Origin: a virus
Lineage: Duplodnaviria > Caudoviricetes
Strand: one strand, 5' to 3'
DNA: 64,000 nucleotides
IMG/VR virus record: IMGVR_UViG_3300024521_000001
Location: 44,391-108,390 of that record
The notes under the pieces were generated by a model. That model was given only the letters and a program-made list of their open reading frames with translations, did not search any database and was not told where the DNA came from. The number at the start of each line of letters is the position of its first letter. Position 1 is the stretch's first letter. Of the stretch, positions 10,701 through 20,458 are shown in pieces. Both the position numbers and the translations under genes were made by a program.

Positions 10701-11426
10701 AAACATCAACCTGATTTCCTTCAGGTTCTTGGGAACGTCGATTCTGAGGAAGAAGTGAATAAAGTCCTCGTCGTCACTGTCACCTGGAGTAGTGAACTCA
10801 TCCAGGTCGATCACAATCCCTTTGGTCGCCGTACCCCTAACCCGCTCATCGACCGCAATATTCATCGAGAAGGTTCCCTCTTGAGGCTCGAAAGCGTCAT
10901 CGGATAGGACCGCATTGACACCTACATAGGACGCGGCAGACTCAAAGTCGTCGATGGTCTTGAACTGCTGCGTTCCCTCTACGGCCGTAGCCACTGGACC
11001 TGGAGCAATGCCAAAGCGGTGAGTGAGGCTCCCATCGTCCTTGATCCGCTTGGTCGGCTCGAAAGCGATCATTGAGGAAGTGGGCGAGTTATTGATCTTG
11101 TAGTCTTCGAAGACCACCGGAGATCCGGAATGACCCGTTGAAATGGAAACAAAGTCGCGGAAGATCTCCGTGCCGGCGCCCTGGTAGTTGATCCCCACAT
11201 CTGACACGATCTGGCGGGCCAGGGAGTGAACCACATCGGGAGCCGCGGGGATCGCTGTGACGTTCTGCTTCACGCTTCCCGCACGAGTCTCAATGAAGCC
11301 TGTGCGCCTGGAGGTCATGTTGTCCAGACGGACGTAGTGACCTTCCTCTATTACATCTCCCGGCCGGGAGAGCGTGAGGCCCAGGTTCTCCAGATCTATT
11401 GGAGCGTTGCGTTCTTCAGTCGGCAC
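7728..11426 (-). CDS. tail nozzle / DNA stabilisation protein (P22 gp10 / T7 gp12-like) with repeated C-terminal domains
   Basis: 1232 aa; N-terminal RLDNM...IETRAGS, a beta-propeller-like core, and IVYDFVTQRW and FYDFG...K motifs typical of podovirus nozzles. Confidence 0.7.
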   Translation of the reverse strand: MPTEERNAPIDLENLGLTLSRPGDVIEEGHYVRLDNMTSRRTGFIETRAGSVKQNVTAIPAAPDVVHSLARQIVSDVGINYQGAGTEIFRDFVSISTGHSGSPVVFEDYKINNSPTSSMIAFEPTKRIKDDGSLTHRFGIAPGPVATAVEGTQQFKTIDDFESAASYVGVNAVLSDDAFEPQEGTFSMNIAVDERVRGTATKGIVIDLDEFTTPGDSDDEDFIHFFLRIDVPKNLKEIRLMFDVDPTTNDYTQNYYTKSVAPNDFTRVFDFDATSKEGRDGGLREFALDESFLTEDDDIQQVDDTTLESRSLESFNFLSAVGGENQWTEVFIKKRDFQRVGSASTTWADVMSFRVVVEATECGAVNVNIDDGKMVGGLSFRLKGDYDWRYVYRYSVTGTISPLSPTAGSETTVTRNRAEVLITFSTDPQVDFVDIYRRGGTLPGEYLFVDSIANGVGTDTFFDGLGDLSLGESINTDQIDIPSTSGVIAIHQNRSWMDDSANPDRLIFSRRIKVEEITSSGFIVASQGGDRVRRPFAYNDQLYCFTDRTIYRIVGSGPTTFQPLQTGAQRGLFSRFALILGAGVIFFRAYDGIYAFTGSGRAEKLTEKIDTLFEGFTVEGFAPIDPAEAESERLGFFDNKLYFAYTDTSAVRREIVYDFVTQRWEPSDRPATSYLLLDDLGEFQSGDSSGFVFQRETGNTDDGSDIVFDLRMKFYDFGAKQEEKTFTEIIVDADTAGSDVTVTAHFDNGDTSVVLGTLNTATRDQIHFPVNGGIGTDARNCSIALTGDNGASRMKFYKVIYNFWVEPRTLLKTATDWDDYGSPKRKFLRELILEIDTRGVTADVSVFLDGSSTQVSSPAKTFPAVSSTGRERLILSLPFDTDCKIARILVESTSATVPVKVYAHSFDWLDNSLESTTRMQTPWEEVGAPTEKFFTKLMLEIDTNSADVTVTPEIDGVDLAPPFTVNTTSQQKVYLSFPKDTKGTLIRLKLATAAATEFIYYKHDFETLVEPRPATGASPGSNQTEWSSESWPGDKRFRQLMLDIDTQGNPVTVNVEVDGVVTQSPVVTTSDRQIEIISLDADTIGKLVRLTFEGGPFSYYDHNFEFLRDPLDVTRWDTYELDFGYSRFKFIRRLWISSQGADIITLEIFVDESATADHTLTFLTNPTTGWEREGPIRLPAGLKGQLFRFIFTSPSAFKVWFEQSDVEWHPLAGERGYERARLVSGREAGVAA

Positions 11427-11748
11427 TAGGCGGTTTGTCTCCGTTGGTTTGCTGTGCTTGCTGTCCAGCAGCCTGTTTCAGTTCTTCGGCGGTGATCTCC
11501 CGGACGAACATCTTCTCGGGATCCTTCATATCCAGACCCAACTTCATCCCCTTGGGAATCCCCAACTCCACTCTGAGTACGTTGACGGTATCCAGCAATT
11601 CGCGGCCGTGGTGTCTCTTGAGCATCATGACCACTTCTTGGATCTCTTTGTTCTGCTGGCCCACGATCCCCACGACCATCTGGCGTTGAGAGGCCCCCAG
11701 GTCCCACCTAGTTTGCTTTTTTGCGCTTCCTTTGCTTTTTGTTCCCAT
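11416..11748 (-). CDS. hypothetical coiled-coil protein
   Basis: Start MGTKSK preceded by AAGGAG. Confidence 0.55.
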   Translation of the reverse strand: MGTKSKGSAKKQTRWDLGASQRQMVVGIVGQQNKEIQEVVMMLKRHHGRELLDTVNVLRVELGIPKGMKLGLDMKDPEKMFVREITAEELKQAAGQQAQQTNGDKPPSAD

Positions 11749-11965
11749 TTTTCTTGGCTCCTTTCCCAAGTGCTTTTACGGCAGCTTTTTTCTGTTCCAG
11801 AGTTGCGTTGGCCCACTTCTGCTCGGCAAGTGTCGTTTCATAATGAGCAATCCTTCCGGACAGCAAACTCCAGAGACAGTCTTTCACTGTCATGTTTTTG
11901 TGGGAGGCCATTTCTTCGGCAATCGCCTGTTGTTCATCGTCTAAAGTGAAGGTGAATCGTGCCAT
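11708..11965 (-). CDS. hypothetical protein
   Basis: 85 aa with AGGAG Shine-Dalgarno (SD). Confidence 0.6.
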   Translation of the reverse strand: MARFTFTLDDEQQAIAEEMASHKNMTVKDCLWSLLSGRIAHYETTLAEQKWANATLEQKKAAVKALGKGAKKNGNKKQRKRKKAN

Positions 11966-11976
11966 TATTTCTCCTA

Positions 11977-12747
11977 TTAGTCGTCGATCAATTCTCCTGC
12001 GATGATCGCGGTTACGGCTGTGCTTGCAACCGAGCCGGTTGCCGAGAGTCTCAAGTGTGTGCCAGCCACGAACGTAGGCAAGGCAATAATTTCAGTCGTG
12101 AAGTCTCCCGCTTCCAGCCCAAACGGTCCCTGGATATACCACAGTACGCCATCGCTGCTTGTCTCAATGAATACCTCAACGTCTTTATTCGATGTACCAA
12201 TGGTCGCAATGAACTGTCTTAACACCAGCGTCTTTGCGTTAGGCACGACAAAATATCCCGACAAGGAAATGTTGAATCCAATCCCCATCGACAGCATTCG
12301 TACAGCGGGAACTCCTGCCGTGAAGACTCCAGTACCGCAATAAATGGTTCCAGTGTTGGCATTGTTGCTGCCAGCAGTAAGCACTGACAGTTGATGTACC
12401 GCCGAGAAAGTTGCTACCGTATTCACGGCGGTCGTTCCGGTCATTGTTACGTCTTCAGTGGCAGGGTCTCCAGAGGCATCCAGCCCGAAAACCCTGACCG
12501 TCAGCGCGCCAGTTCCACCGCCTGTGTCATTGGTGTTATCGGTAGAGGCAACCCCCACAACGGCGGGAGTAGCAGAAATCGCACTTTGGTCAATGGTAAA
12601 AGCATTCACCCCAAACGTCGGTGATAGGGTAAACGGTCCACCATTGGGGACAGTAGGATCATGCCCTCTGACAGATACTCTTGATCGTCCTGCGACATTG
12701 CCGAGAATGACCTCAGTTGTATAATCTCTGGTAAATTGTCGGCTCAT
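11977..12747 (-). CDS. virion structural protein
   Basis: VASTDNTNDTGGGTGALTVRVFGLDA...EDVTMTGTTAV pattern recalled from phage structural proteins. Confidence 0.65.
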   Translation of the reverse strand: MSRQFTRDYTTEVILGNVAGRSRVSVRGHDPTVPNGGPFTLSPTFGVNAFTIDQSAISATPAVVGVASTDNTNDTGGGTGALTVRVFGLDASGDPATEDVTMTGTTAVNTVATFSAVHQLSVLTAGSNNANTGTIYCGTGVFTAGVPAVRMLSMGIGFNISLSGYFVVPNAKTLVLRQFIATIGTSNKDVEVFIETSSDGVLWYIQGPFGLEAGDFTTEIIALPTFVAGTHLRLSATGSVASTAVTAIIAGELIDD

Positions 12748-12750
12748 TTT

Positions 12751-15700
12751 TTAATACCATCCATCTGTTGAATCAAAGGTAATATCCAACGACTCACCAT
12801 CAAAAAGAGTAAAGCTGGAGTTCACGCCAAGTAAATCTTCTGCACCGTCTGGGGCCACGGTGAGTTGGTTCCCACTAGATCCCGAGTTGATAATCCTAAG
12901 CGTTTGCCCACTCACTCCAGCCGGGAGAGTAGCTGTGAAACCCGCGGAGTCCGTATTACCGAAGACCACCGAGTCTGTCACTAGAACCGTATAGGTAGTC
13001 GTCTGTCTCGTAACGGTTTTGATCCGGCCAACCGTAGTCGTTGTGCCAGCTACATCTAGATCACCGCCGAAGAACACACTTCCTGAAATTACGCGGATAG
13101 CAAAATTACTGAGACCTTCTGTGGGGGCATTGACGATCAAAAGGGTCTGCGCGTTGGTAATGTCACCCGTCAGATTGTCGCTTATGAAGGGCTCATTTAT
13201 CTCGACCTGGGAAATATTGGCAATGCTCTCGGTCTCCGTTTGTGTGGTGATGGCCGAGATAAAGGTAGTTCCAGTTAAAGACGTAGTATCCCCTGACGCT
13301 CCTACCAGGGTTTGGGTGACGAAAATTCCAGAGGCCAGTGTGCTGGAGCCATCGGAGGTGAATGTTTCGGAAATGATCAGGCCGATGATACCGGACGGTG
13401 TACCAGCAATCGCATGGGGTCCTGCACCTGAAACAGCTAGATTCCCCCCTAAGATCACATCGCCCGACACGACGCGCAAAGCGTAGTTATTGACACCTTC
13501 CGTGGGCGCAGCGACGATCAAAAGGGTCTGCGCGTTCGTGATACTCGATCCAGCACCAACGGTGATTATGGGCTCCTCAATGCGGACCTGAAAAACATCG
13601 GTAACGACCTCGGCTACCGTCTGAGTGGTAACCCTGGCTGCGAAAAGCGCCCCGCCTAAAAAGACGGTATCACCCGAAACTCCGATTACGCTCTCTTCAA
13701 TCTCGAACTTCGCTGCCCGATTGGAAGTCCCGCCTGAAGTGAAATTTCCACGGATCTGAACTTGCCAAACGTCGGTTGGAATATTGGTCCCAATGGTGAA
13801 GGGTAGGCCAATGAACATCGACCTGGCTGGTCCGGTGGACCGCAGAGCATAGTTATTGACTCCTTCCGTGGGAGAACCCGTGAGAAGCAGAGTGTGAGCA
13901 TTGGTGATCACACCTGTCAGGTTGTCGGTGATGCTAGGATCGAAGATCTTGACCTGGGCGATATCGTTAATAGTCTCGGTGGCGGTCTGGGTGACAATCG
14001 AAGCCCCGAAGAAGGCCCCATTGAGAGTGCTATCCCCTGCAACCCCGGTCAGGCTACTTTCAACTTTGAATTTATCTGCTTCACTAGCAGATCCCCCTGA
14101 AGTGAATGCTCCGCTCACCACGACTTGATGCCAGTCCTCTAGCGTGGTCCGGCCGATGGCAAGCTGGAGACCTTGAAATATAGAAGGAGCGAGTGCAGTA
14201 GATCTGATTGTCCAGTTGGCCTCGCCTGCTGTGGGTGAAGCGGTTATGAACAAGGTTTGCGCGTTTGTTATGTCACCCGTCAAATTATCGGTGATGTTTG
14301 CCCCGTCGAAGCGGCACTGGCTGATATTGGCAATGTTCTCAGTCTCGGTTTGAGTGACAAAGGTTGCGTCGAAATAAGTACCGACCATCCCGGCGGTATC
14401 TCCCGATGCTCCGGTCAATGCCCCTTCTATTCTGAGCTTGGCCGATTCGTTTGAAGATCCCCCAGAGGTGAAATTTCCAGCAAGTAGAAGCTGCCAATTA
14501 TCATCTACGGCACTTTGCCCAATCGCATGTGGCCCTGCACCAGATACGACCAAGTTGCTGGCGAGGGTGACAAGGGTGGAGTAGAGATTAATTCTCGCCC
14601 AAGGAGTACCCGATAAACCAATTTCCAAGCGGTTGGTCGGAGCGACTGACAGAGCACTTAAACTACCGCCGCCACCGTCATCAAAAAGGAATGCCGATGA
14701 ATTGTCTATTTCAATGTCCCCGGCAAGGATGCGGAAAGCGAAATTACTCTCCCCTTCTGTGGGTGCGCCTGTGATCAGAAGCGTTTGGGCGTGGGTGATA
14801 TCTCCCGTCAAGTTGTCCAGAATATTTGGCTCGTCAATGCTTACAGTGGCGATATTCGCCACATTCTCTGTGGCGGTCTGGGTTCTGATGTTGCCGCCAA
14901 ACCAGGACTGGAAAATACCTACCGTTTGCCCACTTGCACCAGTGAGCCGGTTCTCAGTCTTGAATCTGGAGGCCGTGGTCCCGCCAGAGAGCAATGAGAA
15001 ATAGTCTCCGCTGAGGGTGAGCTGGCTTGATAGGTCGATTGCAGCACCGATGGCGTGTGAGGGCAAAGGAAGAGGAAAGTTGAACCCGCCATCGTCGGTT
15101 ATCGAAAAGTTAGTGACGAAGCCGCCCCCGTTTTTGTCGTCCTGGAGGGTCCAGATCGAATCGCCTCCGACGTTTATTACGTCAACAAATGTCCTCCATG
15201 TGGCTCTGTTGGCATTCTCGCCAGCTCCAATGAGGTCGATAGAGTGAGAATCCTCAAAAGCCGCCGCGCCTTGACCGGCAATGTCGATCTTCAGAGCTAC
15301 ACCAGCAGTACCCTCCTGGGGTCCAAAAACCGCAAAGCCGCTCAGATTGAGGCTATTAGAACCCATGGAAGTGATGGAGAAAGGAGTATTGAGCGAAGCC
15401 GAGCCGGTTGACATTTGGAGCAGCGCGGAACCGACCATCAGATTTAACCTACCGTCAGCCGAGGATCCAGACCGCGCCTCAATGTCAATGGAGATGCCCT
15501 GGTTGGCAACCGTAGACTCGGCAACGAACTCAATCGTTTTGAGCGGAGGACCGCCGCCGATGTAGATTGCCAGCCTGTCGTAGTCCGAGAGGCTGACGAA
15601 TCGGTCATACAACCGCCACTCCTGGGGATTAAGCCCGCGCCGTTGGGCGATAATATCAGCGGCATCCCTGTGCATTTGGGCGTCACTGGCAGCACCGAAG

Positions 15701-15906
15701 GCCAAAAAGGTGTCATCGGAAGCTAGCCTTACCGCTTCGTTGGTCGTATCGACGATGAATATATCCTCGGTATCACCATCTTTGCGGACCAGGAGAGCTT
15801 CCGCGTTGTCCACGTCGATGATCGTTTGACCATCGAAGGTCTGCCCTCCAGTGAAGGTGCTCATGCCGAAAACGATCAGATTGGTTGAAATTACAAAATC
15901 AGTCAT
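12751..15906 (-). CDS. tail fibre-like protein built from five internal repeats
   Basis: Likely start MTDFVIS at 15906; five TQT.TE....I..V.I..P.I.DNLTG.ITNAQTL.I..APTEG..N.A.R repeats; C-terminal TYTVLVTD...TATLPA...GQTLRIIN fibre motif. Confidence 0.75.
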   Translation of the reverse strand: MTDFVISTNLIVFGMSTFTGGQTFDGQTIIDVDNAEALLVRKDGDTEDIFIVDTTNEAVRLASDDTFLAFGAASDAQMHRDAADIIAQRRGLNPQEWRLYDRFVSLSDYDRLAIYIGGGPPLKTIEFVAESTVANQGISIDIEARSGSSADGRLNLMVGSALLQMSTGSASLNTPFSITSMGSNSLNLSGFAVFGPQEGTAGVALKIDIAGQGAAAFEDSHSIDLIGAGENANRATWRTFVDVINVGGDSIWTLQDDKNGGGFVTNFSITDDGGFNFPLPLPSHAIGAAIDLSSQLTLSGDYFSLLSGGTTASRFKTENRLTGASGQTVGIFQSWFGGNIRTQTATENVANIATVSIDEPNILDNLTGDITHAQTLLITGAPTEGESNFAFRILAGDIEIDNSSAFLFDDGGGGSLSALSVAPTNRLEIGLSGTPWARINLYSTLVTLASNLVVSGAGPHAIGQSAVDDNWQLLLAGNFTSGGSSNESAKLRIEGALTGASGDTAGMVGTYFDATFVTQTETENIANISQCRFDGANITDNLTGDITNAQTLFITASPTAGEANWTIRSTALAPSIFQGLQLAIGRTTLEDWHQVVVSGAFTSGGSASEADKFKVESSLTGVAGDSTLNGAFFGASIVTQTATETINDIAQVKIFDPSITDNLTGVITNAHTLLLTGSPTEGVNNYALRSTGPARSMFIGLPFTIGTNIPTDVWQVQIRGNFTSGGTSNRAAKFEIEESVIGVSGDTVFLGGALFAARVTTQTVAEVVTDVFQVRIEEPIITVGAGSSITNAQTLLIVAAPTEGVNNYALRVVSGDVILGGNLAVSGAGPHAIAGTPSGIIGLIISETFTSDGSSTLASGIFVTQTLVGASGDTTSLTGTTFISAITTQTETESIANISQVEINEPFISDNLTGDITNAQTLLIVNAPTEGLSNFAIRVISGSVFFGGDLDVAGTTTTVGRIKTVTRQTTTYTVLVTDSVVFGNTDSAGFTATLPAGVSGQTLRIINSGSSGNQLTVAPDGAEDLLGVNSSFTLFDGESLDITFDSTDGWY

Positions 15907-15911
15907 AGCCT

Positions 15912-18900
15912 TTAAGCCGCTGAGGTCTGGAGTGTCGTGTAGTGAACAGTAATTCGAACCGTACCGGCCGTGAAATCCACCCCGGTTGATGTGAGCACCA
16001 CATCGTTTGCAGCCGGGAAGGTGGTAACGGCCCCGGAGGTAAAATCTGTAATATCGGTAGTTGTCCCGATCCCAGACGCAATGGAAGCACCCCAACGGTC
16101 CACATCAATTCCGTCACCCACGTCGAAGCTAGCTGGACCGCCGACATTACTGATCACCCGAACAGTGATTCCGATTAAGAAACTTCCAGCCGGGATAAGA
16201 CTCGCTGCCGTCACCGAAGATCCAGCCGATGTTGCCACATCAACAAATGTGGTCTGCATTTGAGTTTCTGCGAGGTGGTCGGCCAAGTTTGCAACGCTGA
16301 CCAGCTGACCAACCGCTCGCACCTGAGTTCGAGAGACTCTGAAAAGCTCTTCGTTTGGAGTTAAGCTTCGAACCTGAAATGGGTTGGTGGCGTCCGTAAA
16401 AACCGTCACGTCATCGGCGGGCCTTAAATCTATCGAGCCAAGAGAGTAGATATTGACTCTCTCCCACTCTCCCGCGCCTACTCCCCCAATTTCCAAGAAG
16501 TCGGTAGGAGCGTTTGAGAGAGCGGTTAAATCCCCGCTGTTGCCGTTGTTTCGGAAAAGGATTGCCGATGAAGCAGCTACTTGGAAGTCACCGCCGAGGA
16601 TCCGCTGTGCATAATTGCTCTCCCCTTCTGTGGGTGCGCCAGTGATCAGCAGGGATTGGGCGTTGGTGATCTCCCCCGTCCCCGTCAGGTTGTCTTGAAT
16701 ATTGGGTTCATCAATTCGGACCTGGGAGATATTGGCAACATTCTCGTCGGCCTCTACCTGGGTTCTGAGTGTGCCCTCGAAAAAGGTCCCCGTAATATGG
16801 TCCGTGGTCCCATCCGTGGCTTGCAATGTTGAATGAACGTGCAGCAACATAGCCTCAGTCTGCAATCCATCGGGTTGGTAAAAATTGGTGAGGCGCATCT
16901 GGGCAGTACCCTCTATATTCTCAGCCCCAACACCGCCACCGACCAGTAACTTCATACCCTGATTAAAAGATTTTCCGATCCGTGTAAGGGCGGTCAGAGT
17001 GGTCGCTGATGAGGTGCTGTCCACAAGCAACCCATAGTTTTGGGTTGCGTTCGTGGGATGGTTCGTGACTTTCAGGGTGTACCCTATGTTGATCGTGTCC
17101 GAGCCTGGAACGAGGAATGGAGCGGTCAGGAACATTCCTCCGGCCTCATTAACAACCTCACTGTTACTTTGGGTGAAAATGTTCCCTTCGAGATCAAAGA
17201 TGGTCTGCCTATTAGTCCGTCCTGCATCTCCCGTCTGGGAACCTTGGATCTTGACCTTATGGGTGGTTGTTGGCCCCCCCCCATAGTCGTCAATGAAAGA
17301 TCCGGTGATGTTCACCTGGACGTTGTCGATGAAGGACTGAGAGCCAATGGAGACCTGTTCAGGTTGGGCGATAGCAAAGCGCCCCTCGTCGGTGACGAAC
17401 ACTAGATTCACATTGCCTCCACCATCAAAGCGAGACCTGAGCGTCCATTGACCGGCCCCGGCATTGGTCTCCATATCGACGAAGGTGATGAACTGTTGCG
17501 TGTGGGGTGTGGAGTCGAAGGATTTTCCCTCGTAGATCACACTCGGGGAATCCTCAAAACCCGCACCAGTGAGATCTGGCTGAGTGAGCACAACCCTGCT
17601 AGGTGCAAAACTCTGTCCAACGAAAAGATCCCCGGCAGAGGTATCCACGCGGAAGAGAATAAGGTTGCTGTCGTTGTTAACTTCAAAAGCCGCTGCGTTG
17701 GTATGGGTAATTCGGATTCGATTTGTGATCAAGCGACCCGCGTTGATATCCATCCTCGGTATACCGGCTTCACCGAAGAGCATCTGGTTCGAGTCGTCAA
17801 AAGAAATAATGCTCAAATCCCCGTCGTCGGCGGTGTTCCTGAAGGTGATTGAGTCAGCGTAGGACAGTCGGATCGAGCCTGCTGCCGCAGGAGTAGCACC
17901 TATCTCGAGGACCGCACCACCTCTCAGTTGAACCAGGTTGCCGGAGGTATCGACGTTGAACACATCCCCGCCATCAGCATTCTTGCGGACCAGGAAAGCC
18001 TCTGTGGAGGTAACGTCGACGATCAGGCCATCAATGGTGAAGCTGCCTGGAACCGTGAGATCTCCAGTATCAGAAAGGGTGAAGACCGTGGTGGGTCCTC
18101 CAGCGTCGATTTCAGCGGTGATCTTAAAGACCGATTGCCCATCAAAGCCTGTCCCGGTCAGAGGCTCAACGAACATCCTCCAGTTGGAATCGTGATTCAC
18201 GCCTCCAGCTTCTCTGGACTTACCAACGAGCAAAAAGGTATGAGAAAAACCCACGGTGGAGTTCACGGTCAGGTTTGGAGCGTCGATGTTGAGGCGATCC
18301 ACAGATGAGGATGGCGCAAGAGCAACACCCTCTCCGATGGTCACGTCCTGATTAACCCCATCGGCTTTGAATATGATTGGACTTAATCCAGCTCCAAGCA
18401 TAGAAAGATTACCCGTGTCGCTGGTAACGCCGATCGAATCGAAAGCTCTCAATTCTGGAACCACCCCGATAAAAGGACCGCTGGTGCTCTCTCCCAGGAG
18501 TAATTGATCCGATGCCCCAATAGAGAACCAGACGTTGTCGCCGGCGTCGCCACTGTTGCGCCAGCGAATGTCGTCCGTATTTCGAAACCGGACGGTTCCC
18601 GATTGGGCTGGCCCGTTAGCCCCGATTGGACCAAAGGCCAAGGCCCCATCAGTCGAGCCTGGGCCGATATGAGCGAGCGTGGGAGAGGTCGTAGCCGTGA
18701 TGGTAAATTCGTCCACAAAGGACGCACCATCAATCCTGGCCTGGATGGTGAAGATCGAGCCTGTGCCATCATTGGCGGTCACGTCTACAAACTGCTTCCA
18801 GTCAATGTCGTGGGGAGACCCATCGTTGGACAAGCCGGTAAGGATAATCGCCCCTGAGTCTTGCTGACCTGGAGCAGCCAGATCCGTCCCATCAATGGTT

Positions 18901-19823
18901 ATCGCATCATAGGCTGCGATCTGATCCTGGCCGAGAAAGACGCGGTTGGTGAAAACGTCCCTTACCGCTAGAAGTGTAGTTCCAATGTCGTATCTGTTGG
19001 TGATAATGGGTCTGATTTCGGCATCAAAGCCTCCACTCAAGGATCCGAAGTTCCAGCGTTGCACCCCATCAGTCCAGATCTCAACATTACCCGAGGAGGT
19101 GAAAAGTTCTAAATCGAAACGACCTCCTCCATCGGCTCGTAGAGCTGAAACCCGAGCTTGACTGGTCCCATTTGCCAATAGCTGTAGGTATCTCTCCACT
19201 CCTGGATCGTCCCTTGCGACAATACGAAGTTCGTTGTCGCTGTCTGCAAGAGGATCGGAGTTCATCTGAAGGACCCGCGCCGAAACTCTCTCCAAGATAA
19301 CGTCACTGGAACCGCCGAAGGTCAGTAAGGTCGTGTCTGAAGCCATCCTCACCGCATCGTTGACCGTATCGACGATAAAAACGTCCCCGGCATCCCCATC
19401 CTTCCGGATCAGCACGGCCTCGGTGTTGTCCGAGTCGATGATGAGCTGGTCCATGGTGAAGGTCGCACCGCTGACCGTCAGCAGCCCGTTGTCGTCGACG
19501 GTCAAAATGTCGGTGTAAGGAGCCCCATCAATGCGAGTCTGGAGGGTCCAGAGCGAACCTGTCCCATCGTCGGCGGTTACATTGACAAAGGCTTTCCAGT
19601 CAATCGTGTGAGGACTTCCGTTGTGGGAGTGGCCCTTCCACAAGAAAGCATGGGAATCGAGCTGCCCTGGCGCACCAAGGGGTAGTGCGTCGAGAATCAC
19701 CGCGTCAATGGGCGAGCTTTCCTGAGTCCCCGCTGTGAGCGAGCGTTGAACAACCTTATCCTCTGGAAAGGTTGGAGCCTCGAAATTCCCGCCAAGTATT
19801 GCTACGCCGCCTACTGCACCCAT
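15912..19823 (-). CDS. tail fibre/spike-like protein with mosaic repeats
   Basis: 1303 aa, beta-rich; repeats shared with the downstream fibre; C-terminal IPAGSFLIGITVRV...FDVGD...RWG domain. Confidence 0.75.
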   Translation of the reverse strand: MGAVGGVAILGGNFEAPTFPEDKVVQRSLTAGTQESSPIDAVILDALPLGAPGQLDSHAFLWKGHSHNGSPHTIDWKAFVNVTADDGTGSLWTLQTRIDGAPYTDILTVDDNGLLTVSGATFTMDQLIIDSDNTEAVLIRKDGDAGDVFIVDTVNDAVRMASDTTLLTFGGSSDVILERVSARVLQMNSDPLADSDNELRIVARDDPGVERYLQLLANGTSQARVSALRADGGGRFDLELFTSSGNVEIWTDGVQRWNFGSLSGGFDAEIRPIITNRYDIGTTLLAVRDVFTNRVFLGQDQIAAYDAITIDGTDLAAPGQQDSGAIILTGLSNDGSPHDIDWKQFVDVTANDGTGSIFTIQARIDGASFVDEFTITATTSPTLAHIGPGSTDGALAFGPIGANGPAQSGTVRFRNTDDIRWRNSGDAGDNVWFSIGASDQLLLGESTSGPFIGVVPELRAFDSIGVTSDTGNLSMLGAGLSPIIFKADGVNQDVTIGEGVALAPSSSVDRLNIDAPNLTVNSTVGFSHTFLLVGKSREAGGVNHDSNWRMFVEPLTGTGFDGQSVFKITAEIDAGGPTTVFTLSDTGDLTVPGSFTIDGLIVDVTSTEAFLVRKNADGGDVFNVDTSGNLVQLRGGAVLEIGATPAAAGSIRLSYADSITFRNTADDGDLSIISFDDSNQMLFGEAGIPRMDINAGRLITNRIRITHTNAAAFEVNNDSNLILFRVDTSAGDLFVGQSFAPSRVVLTQPDLTGAGFEDSPSVIYEGKSFDSTPHTQQFITFVDMETNAGAGQWTLRSRFDGGGNVNLVFVTDEGRFAIAQPEQVSIGSQSFIDNVQVNITGSFIDDYGGGPTTTHKVKIQGSQTGDAGRTNRQTIFDLEGNIFTQSNSEVVNEAGGMFLTAPFLVPGSDTINIGYTLKVTNHPTNATQNYGLLVDSTSSATTLTALTRIGKSFNQGMKLLVGGGVGAENIEGTAQMRLTNFYQPDGLQTEAMLLHVHSTLQATDGTTDHITGTFFEGTLRTQVEADENVANISQVRIDEPNIQDNLTGTGEITNAQSLLITGAPTEGESNYAQRILGGDFQVAASSAILFRNNGNSGDLTALSNAPTDFLEIGGVGAGEWERVNIYSLGSIDLRPADDVTVFTDATNPFQVRSLTPNEELFRVSRTQVRAVGQLVSVANLADHLAETQMQTTFVDVATSAGSSVTAASLIPAGSFLIGITVRVISNVGGPASFDVGDGIDVDRWGASIASGIGTTTDITDFTSGAVTTFPAANDVVLTSTGVDFTAGTVRITVHYTTLQTSAA

Positions 19824-19830
19824 AATTATC

Positions 19831-20148
19831 CTAGGTCAATGCCAAATACTGCACGTTCACACCGTCTAATCCGACTTCACCGTGAATGAAGATCTCATTC
19901 AGATTGATACTCGTATTTCCCGGCCCCGGGAGCGTGGTGAAAGGCAACGTATTGCCAATCACAGGAGTTTGCAGCTCCACGCCGGCCAGTCCATCATTGA
20001 GGACCGTGCTGTCACCCACAAAGATCTTCCCGCCGTTCCCGCGCAAGACCTGGAGCAAGACCCAAACCGCTTCGATCGACAGTCCACTGAGTACCGTGGC
20101 CGCTGGAGAAGCTGGTATGGTGACATTTGAGAGCAAACGAATCGGCAC
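19831..20148 (-). CDS. small virion protein (paralogue family C)
   Basis: LQV..GNGGKIFVGDSTV...INLNEIFIHG..LDGVNVQY; similar to the N-terminus of 20733-21710 and to 38079-38411. Confidence 0.65.
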   Translation of the reverse strand: MPIRLLSNVTIPASPAATVLSGLSIEAVWVLLQVLRGNGGKIFVGDSTVLNDGLAGVELQTPVIGNTLPFTTLPGPGNTSINLNEIFIHGEVGLDGVNVQYLALT

Positions 20149-20447
20149 TACCTAAGTCCCCCGAGAAGATCAACGGATGGATCATCCGGTTCTTCTGGAT
20201 TTTTCCCGTCCGTGTGGGACTTGTAGATAAACCGGCTTCCACAGAAGTAATCCCCCTCATTCGGCTGCCGTACCGGGATTCCTTCTTCCCCATCGGTCTG
20301 AGAGTTGATATCCAGCGGCTTGGCCGTGGTTAAGATCCCCTCATCGTTGTCGTATTTCTCCTGGGTGGTATCGACTTCGGCGTAGTCGCTATACCTGTCT
20401 TCGTTGCCCGGAGTGACTTTCCCGGGGTTCTTTTGTGCGTGACTCAT
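20148..20447 (-). CDS. hypothetical acidic protein
   Basis: 99 aa with AAGGAGG SD. Confidence 0.65.
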   Translation of the reverse strand: MSHAQKNPGKVTPGNEDRYSDYAEVDTTQEKYDNDEGILTTAKPLDINSQTDGEEGIPVRQPNEGDYFCGSRFIYKSHTDGKNPEEPDDPSVDLLGGLR

Positions 20448-20458
20448 GGTTTCCTCCT

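Noticed and set aside
15907-16095. N-terminal extension of ORF 12751-16095 in the track
   Set aside because: It overlaps the upstream fibre gene in another frame; MTDFVIS at 15906 is the plausible start.
12751-19823. Diversity-generating retroelement
   Set aside because: No reverse transcriptase in the window, and the repeats are in-frame protein modules without evident adenine-specific variation.
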